64,000 nt of DNA from an uncultured Gemmatimonadales bacterium (GTDB lineage: Bacteria > Gemmatimonadota > Gemmatimonadetes > Gemmatimonadales > GWC2-71-9): the NCBI GenBank assembly GCA_963771275.1, contig CAVYSW010000003.1, positions 608,001-672,000 on the forward strand. The letters run 5' to 3'. The position numbers and the translations under genes were made by a program. Below, piece by piece: positions 36,697 through 44,685 of the stretch; the first letter of the stretch is position 1; every line of letters starts with the position of its first letter. Below the pieces are notes generated by a model. The model did no database searches, had not been told where the DNA came from, and saw only the letters and a list, made by a program, of their open reading frames with translations.

Positions 36697-38106
36697 TCAG
36701 AACGCGAGCCAGAGCAACATGTATAGCGTGTTGTTGTCGCTCGCCGAGCGGCCGCTCCCGTCGTAGTCGGTGCCCGCCCCGTTGAACTTGCTGTACGCCA
36801 CGTACTGCAGCGTGACGTGCGTGTTGAGCCAGGGGGAGTATTCCAGCTCGCCGATGAAGCCCCGGCTGTCGGGCATCCCGACCGCGCTGCCCACGACGGG
36901 ATCGGGCGCGTACAGGGTCGCGTCGCCGTCACCGGTCGTCTGGAAGTAGCCGAGCGTGAGGCCGATGCCGCCATTCAGCAGATACGACCCGTCCGCCCGG
37001 AACGCCCGCAGCGCGTTCGTGGGATTGGCCGATCCGCCGGCGTCGAACGTCGCGTCGAGGGCCTGTTTCTCGTGGATGTAGGTGGCGTGCCCGAGCATCG
37101 TCCCGGGACCGGCGGGCAGCTCGAACTGCCCGTCGACCGCCACGTCGGTGTACGTGTCGCGCAGGCCCTGCACGCCCGTCGGGTAGCGGCTGGCGCGGAG
37201 ACCGTAGGTGCCCGCCATGGCGTAGAGCTTGCCGAAGTTGCGCTGCAGCGCGACGCGCCAGTACGGCGCCACGCCGTTCAGGGTGCCCTCGGCGGTCGCG
37301 TCGGGCGGGTTCGGCCCGCCCTGCGGCGCCGAGCGGTACACGCTGAACTCCGTGTAGAGCAGGTCGGCCCACAGCGCGTACGCGCCCAGCCCGGCCGACG
37401 CCTGGGCCAGCGCGCCGTCGATCTGCAAGCCCGCGGTCGGCGCCGGGGCGACCGGCGACGCGGCGTAGGGGAAGCCCCACGCGGCCGTCGTGTTCCAGAC
37501 GTCCTGGACGGTCGGGTTGTTGTTGAGCGTCAGGCCGTAGAGCACCGACTGCGAGCCCAGGTGTCCCTGGCGCGCGTACCGGATGTCCACGTTGTCGATG
37601 CCGAGCGAGCCGTCCGTCCCGGCATAAGTGAGCTGCACGAACGCGCCGAGGTTCGGGGTCACGGCGCCCCCGAGGAAGACGCTCAGCTGGTCGGGCATCG
37701 CCACGTTCCCGTTCTGCGTGCCCGGCACTTCGTTCTTGAGCGACGTGAACGAGGCCTCGACCATCGCCGACGGCGGCGGCAGCTCCGGCAGGCGGAGCCG
37801 CGGCCGGGATTCTCCAGCCGTGATCGTCTTGCCGGTCGTCAGCGTATAGCCGGCGAGCTTGAACCGTCGCCCGAACGCCGTGAGCCGCGGGAAGCTCGAG
37901 TGGCACACGTTGCAGCCGAGCCCCGTCTGGCGCGCGAAGCTCGGGATCTTCTCGTCGCCCGTCGAGGCGCCGCGCACGTGCCCGTAGTCGCGCACGTAGC
38001 GCCGCGCCGCCTCCCGGACGCTGGTGCCTTCGGCGAACGCCCTGGCGGCGGAGCAGAGGAAGACGGCGAGGAATCCGATGAGGACCAGAGACCGACGCGC
38101 GACCAT
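36697..38106 (-). CDS. Cyc2-like monoheme cytochrome c-porin fusion
   Basis: IPSFARQTGLGCNVCHSSFPRLTAFGRRFKLAGY followed by a beta-barrel ending in Phe (LLWLAF). Confidence 0.82.
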   Translation of the reverse strand: MVARRSLVLIGFLAVFLCSAARAFAEGTSVREAARRYVRDYGHVRGASTGDEKIPSFARQTGLGCNVCHSSFPRLTAFGRRFKLAGYTLTTGKTITAGESRPRLRLPELPPPSAMVEASFTSLKNEVPGTQNGNVAMPDQLSVFLGGAVTPNLGAFVQLTYAGTDGSLGIDNVDIRYARQGHLGSQSVLYGLTLNNNPTVQDVWNTTAAWGFPYAASPVAPAPTAGLQIDGALAQASAGLGAYALWADLLYTEFSVYRSAPQGGPNPPDATAEGTLNGVAPYWRVALQRNFGKLYAMAGTYGLRASRYPTGVQGLRDTYTDVAVDGQFELPAGPGTMLGHATYIHEKQALDATFDAGGSANPTNALRAFRADGSYLLNGGIGLTLGYFQTTGDGDATLYAPDPVVGSAVGMPDSRGFIGELEYSPWLNTHVTLQYVAYSKFNGAGTDYDGSGRSASDNNTLYMLLWLAF

Positions 38107-38251
38107 AGACGCCTCCTGCGAGGGTCGTCCCGCGCCTGGCGCCGCCCACGCGGCGGGGGCGTTGGGGGGAATGACCGCCCCCTGTACCCAGAGCCGCTCC
38201 TGCAGTTCCCCCGCAGCACTCGGGAGTTCGCCGCGGGAGCCGACCCATCGG

Positions 38252-38620
38252 CTACCGGGAATCCGGCAGCACCATCACCTCCACGTGCGACGGGTAGCGC
38301 CCGGTGCGGTACACCCGGTGCGTTTGCTCCCGGTAGGCCTCGGCCGTCGCCAGGAAGATGTTGTCCACCCACGTCTGCGGGTTGCGGTCGTACAGCGGGA
38401 ACCACGTGCTCTGCACCTGCACCATGATGCGGTGCCCCCGCTGGAAGCGATACAGCTGCTGGTGCAGATCCACCGTGTACGACTCGACGACGCCGGCCGG
38501 GACCGGCTCGGGGCGCTCGAAGCTCTTGCGGTAGCGCCCGCGGAGCACGTCGCCCGCGACCATCAGCTCGTAGCCGCCCATGGCGGGGGGGGCCGGCACG
38601 CTGTCCGACAGACGTCTATC
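38252..38620 (-). pseudogene. Duplicated 3' fragment of the CocE/NonD hydrolase gene
   Basis: Encodes PAMGGYELMVAGDVLRGRYRKSFERPE...YPSHVEVMV, nearly identical to the C-terminus encoded at 41735-42100. Confidence 0.9.
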
Positions 38621-39186
38621 CATCGCTCAAGCCCGCCTGCCGACGCAAGCGAGCTGCCTCGCCTGAGCAGTCGTCGCAGCTGTCTCAGGTCGCGCGGTCC
38701 AAGCACGCCACCGATGGCAAAGCGCACTATGCCCGCCGTGTCGATCAACAGCGTGGCCGGGATTCCCGTCACGCCCAACTGATCCCTTAGCTTGGTCGCA
38801 TGCACCACCCCAGCATACTCAATGCCTCGTTGGTTCCGAAGAGGATGGCCCGGATGGGTTGGCGTGAGGGACACCGCAAGTACGCGGATACCGCCGCGCA
38901 CATCGTTGGCGAGGGCCAACCACGCTGGCAACTGCTTCGAACACCACGCGCAGCCCTCGCTGAAGATTAGGATCAACGAACCGGTGACAGAGATCCGAGC
39001 CGAGGCACCGCTGGTCGGGTCGGTCCCAAAGAGGGTCAAGGAATCGACCGCGCGCCCGCGAGAGGCCAAGGTCGCCCCGTGTCTCCCAATAGTCCCCGAC
39101 AACTCCAGCGCGGTGAACGCCAAGTATCCGACCACAACCGCAAGGCCAATACCGGCCACGTCGGCGACTATTCGGCGCCGGCTCAT
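38563..39186 (-). CDS. Membrane-anchored thioredoxin-fold (TlpA/redoxin-like) protein
   Basis: N-terminal TM helix; LILIFSEGCAWC (CxxC); GVTGIPATLLIDTAGIVR (cis-Pro); C-terminus runs into the CocE duplicate. Confidence 0.8.
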   Translation of the reverse strand: MSRRRIVADVAGIGLAVVVGYLAFTALELSGTIGRHGATLASRGRAVDSLTLFGTDPTSGASARISVTGSLILIFSEGCAWCSKQLPAWLALANDVRGGIRVLAVSLTPTHPGHPLRNQRGIEYAGVVHATKLRDQLGVTGIPATLLIDTAGIVRFAIGGVLGPRDLRQLRRLLRRGSSLASAGGLERWIDVCRTACRPPPPWAATS

Positions 39187-40268
39187 CGTTTCGATTCGTC
39201 CAGCTGGCGGCGGAGGTCCAGCACCATTGGTTCCGGATCATGGACTCCGACATACAGGTGGCTACCGTCCTCGGAAGCTGCCACTGCTGAGATCGGACGG
39301 CGGAGATCGATCTCCCGCCTGAACCCGCGGTTCCAGTCATAGAATTGGAGCTTGTGAACCCCAGGTGCGCTAGCGCCGAGTACCTGGGTGCCCTTGCAAC
39401 CGCAGTACCCCACCCACACTCCATCCTCGGTCGCAGCAATGGCAACTGCGAAGGCAAGATCCGAGTTCTGCAGGGCAAACATCGTAACGCCAGCGCCTGT
39501 CAGCGTTCGCGGGAACCCGATTCGGTCGGGCGTTTTGAAGCGGTGGATGGTTCTTAAGGCGTGGATGTCGATCACTTGGAGTTCTGGCGCGTACTTGAAT
39601 GCAAGCGCCAGTTTCGACCGATCCGGTGAAAGCGCGATGAGGTACTCGTTTGCCTGCATGAAGGCTTGGGCTTCTACGTCCTCGCGGCCGTACGGTGGAA
39701 TGCCTGCGAAGCGATTCGGCCCGCGCATTTGAGAATCGGACACCAGCACCAACGCCCTGTCGAATAGGAGCCCACCGGCCACCAGCCCTTGGTCGGTCCA
39801 GAACGGATCTGTGACGATCGCAGTCCGCGCGAGCCTAATGGTCTCCCGGTATGTAGGAGCAGGATCGAGATCGAACCGAGTGAACTGGCGGGGGTTGAAG
39901 TCGTAGACCCAGATGTGAGCCTTGGGGCCAATGCCGCGGATGACCTCGTGAGGTGCGAGGAGTTCACCGGGTCCCCGGCCCGGTTCCCCGAAGACGGCGG
40001 TTACAGAGCCATCGGTCAAGTCGATGAGCGACACGAATGGGGGGCCATAGCCATCCAGGACCACCAAGACCGAATCACCCAATAGCTCGAGATCTGCGAT
40101 CCGACCCCATGTCCGTGGCGTGAGATCTCGGGCGATATCGTAGTCAAAGCTCGTGTCCGACGAGGAAGGCGCACCGGGCTCATGTGAGGCGCGATCCACG
40201 GACTGTTCGCCCGCACATCCCACTAGGAGGATGAACGTCAACACGGAAAACCCAAGGTGATTGCGCAG
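39183..40268 (-). CDS. 6-bladed beta-propeller lipoprotein (BF3164/TolB-like)
   Basis: Lipobox LVGC; FGEPGRGPGE signature; repeated blades. Probable CTG start at 40268 after GAGGTG (ORF track start 40244). Confidence 0.75.
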   Translation of the reverse strand: MRNHLGFSVLTFILLVGCAGEQSVDRASHEPGAPSSSDTSFDYDIARDLTPRTWGRIADLELLGDSVLVVLDGYGPPFVSLIDLTDGSVTAVFGEPGRGPGELLAPHEVIRGIGPKAHIWVYDFNPRQFTRFDLDPAPTYRETIRLARTAIVTDPFWTDQGLVAGGLLFDRALVLVSDSQMRGPNRFAGIPPYGREDVEAQAFMQANEYLIALSPDRSKLALAFKYAPELQVIDIHALRTIHRFKTPDRIGFPRTLTGAGVTMFALQNSDLAFAVAIAATEDGVWVGYCGCKGTQVLGASAPGVHKLQFYDWNRGFRREIDLRRPISAVAASEDGSHLYVGVHDPEPMVLDLRRQLDESKR

Positions 40269-40310
40269 AACGCACCTCGTGTGCGGGAATCGAGTTGTGC
40301 GGACAGCTCT

Positions 40311-40336
40311 GGCGGCGTCCCGGGAGGGACGCCGCC
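40311..40336 (-). terminator. GC-rich hairpin after peptide gene 2 (stabiliser or partial terminator)
   Basis: GGCGGCGTCCC-GGGA-GGGACGCCGCC, perfect 11-bp stem; no U-tract. Confidence 0.6.
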
Positions 40337-40343
40337 CGTGGGA

Positions 40344-40556
40344 CTAGCCACCGTCGGGAATGAAGATCCATGCTGAGTTGTCTATGTGGCACCATTGCGT
40401 CGTTCCAGGACCGCCCGGGCCGCCGGTCTCGCAGTCGTACCAGCACTTCTCCGTGCTGCTCGAGCACTGCCACCCGCCGTCGGCGTACACTGGGACGGCG
40501 GCCAGACTGAAGCCGCCAGCCAGGGCGAGACAGAGCACTCCAGTTCGCTTCCACAC
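40344..40556 (-). CDS. Secreted 4-Cys peptide precursor 2
   Basis: MWKRTGVLCLALAGGFSLAAVPVYA|DGGWQCSSSTEKCWYDCETGGPGGPGTTQWCHIDNSAWIFIPDGG*; paralogous to the adjacent ORF. Confidence 0.8.
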   Translation of the reverse strand: MWKRTGVLCLALAGGFSLAAVPVYADGGWQCSSSTEKCWYDCETGGPGGPGTTQWCHIDNSAWIFIPDGG

Positions 40557-40595
40557 TGAAACACCCCCTGGGCGTGATAAGTCGTAGATCTTCCG

Positions 40596-40877
40596 TCAGC
40601 TGTCGCTGAAGCGTTCCAAACTAATGGCAGGCCACAGCTGCTGAGCCGCTGGCCTGGCAACTAAACCGCCATCGGGAATGAACTCCCAGGACATGTTTCC
40701 CAACCAGCACCAATCTGTTGTTCCCGGTCCACCCGGGCCCCCGGTCTGGCAGTCGAACCAGCACTTCTCCGTGCTGGATCGGCACTCCCAACCGCCGCCA
40801 TCGGCGTACGCCGGGACGGCAGCTACTGTGAAGCCAGCAAGCAGGGCAAGACAGAGCACTCCGATTCGGGTCCGCAT
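40596..40877 (-). CDS. Secreted 4-Cys peptide precursor 1
   Basis: MRTRIGVLCLALLAGFTVAAVPAYA|DGGGWECRSSTEKCWFDCQTGGPGGPGTTDWCWLGNMSWEFIPDGG...; one extra T shifts the paralogous TAG (40661-40663) out of frame. Confidence 0.8.
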   Translation of the reverse strand: MRTRIGVLCLALLAGFTVAAVPAYADGGGWECRSSTEKCWFDCQTGGPGGPGTTDWCWLGNMSWEFIPDGGLVARPAAQQLWPAISLERFSDS

Positions 40878-41048
40878 CGAGACGCCCCCCCCGCGATTCG
40901 GTTGCCGAGTTCCAAACTGGGCCGCTCGGCCTCGAAGGTCCCACCGCCCGCAACGTCGCGGCGGCCGCATGGCGCTGACTGCCCGAAGACTGTGGATCGC
41001 ATCGCCGCCGCACAAGCGCCCTTGTTGTCGACTTTCGGGCGAATCGTG

Positions 41049-41459
41049 TCATTCTTCGGGCACGCTTCTACCTCCAGACGTGCCGTTCCTTGGCTCCACC
41101 CGCCGGCGGTACTGGACTGGACTCATCCCCAGCAAGCGGTGGAACCAGCGTCGGCAGCTCCACTCGCTGCCGAAGCCCGCTTCCGTCACGATCTCCGCGA
41201 TCGCGTGCTCTTTCTCGCGCAGGAGGCGTGCGGCGTGCGCGACTCGGCGCCGGGCGAGCCACACGGAGAACGGCTCCCCAACCCGCTCCCCGAAGAAGCG
41301 CGAGAAGTACCGGGGCTCGAGATGCGCGAGCCCGGCGGCGGTCTCGAGCGGGATCTGTTCCGCAAGATGGGCGTCCACGTAGTCCCGCACCTTGTGGAGG
41401 CGGTCGTAGTAGTCGAAGGCGCGTTCGCCCTCGTGGACATAGTGCCGGGCGGAGTCCAT
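41049..41459 (-). CDS. Stand-alone AraC-family HTH regulator
   Basis: LETAAGLAHLEPRYFSRFF...AGFGS...GMSPVQYRR; 136 aa with no sensor domain. Confidence 0.88.
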   Translation of the reverse strand: MDSARHYVHEGERAFDYYDRLHKVRDYVDAHLAEQIPLETAAGLAHLEPRYFSRFFGERVGEPFSVWLARRRVAHAARLLREKEHAIAEIVTEAGFGSEWSCRRWFHRLLGMSPVQYRRRVEPRNGTSGGRSVPEE

Positions 41460-41734
41460 GCTCGGTCTCTCCTTGGCCCAGGGGGCTCACGGGGCCGGAA
41501 CCTACCCCGCAGACTGAAGATGCCGCGGACCGGGCCATGGTTACATCTGGCACGGTGGGTCCTGAGCGTTGTCTTGGCCGAGTAACGATGGGGACTCTCT
41601 CTCCTTGCGCGCACCACAGCATCCCCTTCGCGGCCGAGCGGTCTCCGCGCTCGCCCCGGCCAGAGGCGTGATCGAAACCTGTGGCCACGCTTCGTATCGG
41701 CCATCGGCTGTCGGCCTGTGGTGCGGCGCGGGGC

Positions 41735-43579
41735 TCAGGAGTTGCCCACCACCATGACCTCCACCCGCGACGGATACCGCGCCGTTCGATACACCCGGTG
41801 GGTCTGCGCCCGATACGCCTCTGGCGTGGCGAGGAAGATGTTGTCCACCCAGGTCTGCGGGTTCCGGTCGTAGAGCGGGAACCAGGTGCTCTGCACCTGC
41901 ACCATGATCCGGTGGCCCCGTTGGAAGCGGTAGAGCTGCTGGTGCAGGTCTACGGTGTACGATTCGACGGCGCCGGCCGGGATCCACTCGGGGCGCTCGA
42001 AGCTCTTCCGGTAGCGCCCTCGCAGCACGTCGCCGGCGACCATCAATTCGTAGCCGCCCATGGCCGGCCGGTCGGGCAGGCTGTCCGGGTAGACGTCGAT
42101 GAGCTTCACGACCCAATCGGCGTCGCTGCCGGTGGTCGAGGCAAACAGCCGGCCGGTGATGTCCCCGGCCACCGTGACCTCCTCGTCGAGCGGCGCGGTC
42201 TGCCAGGTCAATACGTCGGGCCGGTCGTCCACGAAGCGCTGGTCCTCGGTCATCCACGGCGCCCAGCGCGAGCCCGGACCGTAGGTCAGCTCGACCGGAC
42301 GCGGCCGGTACGGCACCGGATGGGCCGGATCCGACACGTACTGGTCGAAGCCCGCCGTATCGGTGGGCGGGTCGAACGCCAGCCGACCACCGGAAAGCAG
42401 GTACAGGTCGTGCCGCACGGCGTCCCGGGGCGGCCACGCGTCGAAGCTCCGCCAGCGGTTGTCGCCCGACTCGAACAGCTCAGCCTCCGCGAACTTCCCA
42501 TCGCCCTTTCCTTTAAGCCAATAGGCGAACCACGCCCCCTGGATGCGCGCGCGGAACTCGTCCGCCGTGTTGCTGTCGAACCGCACGTTCCCGAGCTGGT
42601 CGCCGCCGGCCTGCGCCCACTGCCCGTGGCTCCATGGACCCATCACGAAGTAATTGATCCCGGCGGTGTCGTGCCGCTCGAGCGCGGCATAGGTCGCCAT
42701 CGGGCCATACAGGTCCTCCTGGTCCCACCAGCCGCCCACCGTGAGCGTCGGGACGCGGACGCTCGTGAGGTACGTGGTGAGCGCCTGGCGCTGCCAGAAC
42801 GCGTCGTACGCCGGGTGCGCCACGAAGTTGCGCCACGTCGGGAAGCGCATCGCGCCCACCGCCTCGGCGAGGGCACCGAGCGTCGGGTAGGAGAGGTACC
42901 AGTCGAACGTATCGTACCGGGTGGTACGCGGGCCCGTGCTCTCGTCCGCCGTCTCTTCCATCATCCACGTGTACTCCAGCCCGTAGGCGAGCCGGAACGC
43001 GCCCTGATGGAAGAAGTCGTCGCCCATCCAGGTATCGGTCATCGGCGCCTGCGGCGAGATCGCCCTGAGCGCGGGATGCGGGTCGATGCCGGCCATCGCG
43101 GTGAGCCAGCCGGGATACGAGATCCCCACCACGCCGACCCGCCCGTTGTTGCGCGGCACGTGTTTGACCAGCCAGTCGATCGTGTCGTACGTGTCGGTGC
43201 TCTCGTCCACTCCCCTGGGGTCGGCCGGGTCGTGCGGCGGCCGGTTCATGACGAACTCACCTTCAGACCGGTAGCGGCCGCGGATGTCCTGGATCACGAA
43301 CACGTACCCGTCCGCAATCAGCTCCTTGAACGCGACCAGGAAGCGCGGCGTCCCCGCCCACCCCCGCGTGCCGTACGGCGTGCGGAGCATCAGAATGGGA
43401 AGCGGCTCGGTGGCGCCCTTGGGCGCGAGGATCACCGTGAAGAGCTGCGCGCCGTCGCGCATCGGGATCATCGCCTCCGTGACGTTGAACGCGGCGGACG
43501 GCGCCTGGGCGGCTCCGTAGCCCGGTGGCAGGCCAAGACCGAGGACGAGGAACAGCACGAGCGAAACCGAGCGGGACAT
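41735..43579 (-). CDS. CocE/NonD-family hydrolase (alpha-amino acid ester hydrolase-like)
   Basis: IPMRDG, RTPY, QDIRGRYRSEG, GISYPG nucleophile, WWDQED and GPWSHG. Confidence 0.93.
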   Translation of the reverse strand: MSRSVSLVLFLVLGLGLPPGYGAAQAPSAAFNVTEAMIPMRDGAQLFTVILAPKGATEPLPILMLRTPYGTRGWAGTPRFLVAFKELIADGYVFVIQDIRGRYRSEGEFVMNRPPHDPADPRGVDESTDTYDTIDWLVKHVPRNNGRVGVVGISYPGWLTAMAGIDPHPALRAISPQAPMTDTWMGDDFFHQGAFRLAYGLEYTWMMEETADESTGPRTTRYDTFDWYLSYPTLGALAEAVGAMRFPTWRNFVAHPAYDAFWQRQALTTYLTSVRVPTLTVGGWWDQEDLYGPMATYAALERHDTAGINYFVMGPWSHGQWAQAGGDQLGNVRFDSNTADEFRARIQGAWFAYWLKGKGDGKFAEAELFESGDNRWRSFDAWPPRDAVRHDLYLLSGGRLAFDPPTDTAGFDQYVSDPAHPVPYRPRPVELTYGPGSRWAPWMTEDQRFVDDRPDVLTWQTAPLDEEVTVAGDITGRLFASTTGSDADWVVKLIDVYPDSLPDRPAMGGYELMVAGDVLRGRYRKSFERPEWIPAGAVESYTVDLHQQLYRFQRGHRIMVQVQSTWFPLYDRNPQTWVDNIFLATPEAYRAQTHRVYRTARYPSRVEVMVVGNS

Positions 43580-43757
43580 GTCACGACTCCATGGCGCAGC
43601 GAGCGCACCTGATTCCACCGGAGCGCAGCCGGGGTATGCGGGAACGGTCGAGATTGGTTGGGCAAGGTACGGCGCCCGGGCCCGGGACGCCACGTGCCGC
43701 GGGCTCGGTGCCGGCGGGTATCTTTGGACGAGGAGAGGATGAGGCCCTCCACACCGC

Positions 43758-44615
43758 ATGAGACGTCGAACGCGCGTATTCCTGTATCTGGTGCTCGCCA
43801 TCGGCGCGCTGCTCGCGGCCGCGGGTGTCTGGCAGTGGCTCACGTGGCCAGACGTCGCCGCGTTGGCTGAGCACCCGCCCAAGACCACCGCGTTCATCGA
43901 GGCCTACAAGGCGCGCCAGCGTGCGGCCGGCAAGTCCACGGGCGTGTCCTGGCAATGGGTGCCGTGGTCGAGCATCTCGCCCCACTTGAAGCGCGCCGCG
44001 GTCTCGGGCGAGGACATGGAGTTCTTCTTCCACCGGGGCTTCTCGACCGCCGAGCTGAAGGCGGCGCTCAAAGCCGCCGTGGAGGAAGGGAAGCCGCTCC
44101 GCGGCGCGTCCACCATCACGCAGCAGCTCGCCAAGAACCTGTGGCTCTCGCCGTCCCGCAATCCGTGGCGCAAGGTCAAGGAGGCGCTGCTCACCCGCTC
44201 GCTGGAGCGGCACCTCACAAAGCGGCGGATTCTCGAGCTGTACCTCAACGTGGTCGAGTTCGGGCCGGGCGTGTACGGCGCCGAAGCCGCCGCGCGCACG
44301 TTCTTCGGCGAGCCGGCGAGCGCGCTCACGGACCATGAAGCCGCGATGTTGGCCGCGGGACTGCCGCGCCCGTCCACGTGGCATCCGGGCCGGACGACGA
44401 GCGGCTATCTCGCTTACGTATCCGAAATCGAACGTCGCATGGCCATGGCCACGTTCATCTGGCGCTACATCGGCGAGACCGCGCCCGTGCTCGACTCGCT
44501 GCGGGCGCTGGACTCGCTGCGGGTGGTGGACTCGCTGCGGGTGGTGGACTCGCTGCGGGTGCAGGATTCGCTGCGGGTGCAGGATTCGCTGGTGATTCAC
44601 GATTCGGTGATGTAG
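43758..44615 (+). CDS. mtgA: Monofunctional peptidoglycan transglycosylase
   Basis: EDMEFFFH, RGASTITQQLAKNL, RKVKE and KRRILELYLNVVEFG. Confidence 0.92.
   Translation: MRRRTRVFLYLVLAIGALLAAAGVWQWLTWPDVAALAEHPPKTTAFIEAYKARQRAAGKSTGVSWQWVPWSSISPHLKRAAVSGEDMEFFFHRGFSTAELKAALKAAVEEGKPLRGASTITQQLAKNLWLSPSRNPWRKVKEALLTRSLERHLTKRRILELYLNVVEFGPGVYGAEAAARTFFGEPASALTDHEAAMLAAGLPRPSTWHPGRTTSGYLAYVSEIERRMAMATFIWRYIGETAPVLDSLRALDSLRVVDSLRVVDSLRVQDSLRVQDSLVIHDSVM
44493..44612 (+). repeat. 18-bp coding tandem repeat (DSLRVV-type)
   Basis: Six full units plus one partial unit of GA(C/T)TCGCTGCGGGTG-type at the 3' end of mtgA. Confidence 0.92.
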
Positions 44616-44685
44616 GAGGCCGCTGAAGCGGCCACTCGGCGCGTTCTATCGCCAAGGCGACGGCTGTTCCTAAGGAGGTTGTGTC

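Noticed and set aside
38252..38623. 123-aa ORF as an independent functional gene
   Set aside because: Only the displaced C-terminal fragment of the CocE hydrolase, with no catalytic domain.
44493..44612. Tandem repeat as a CRISPR array
   Set aside because: Contiguous 18-bp coding units with no spacers and no cas genes.
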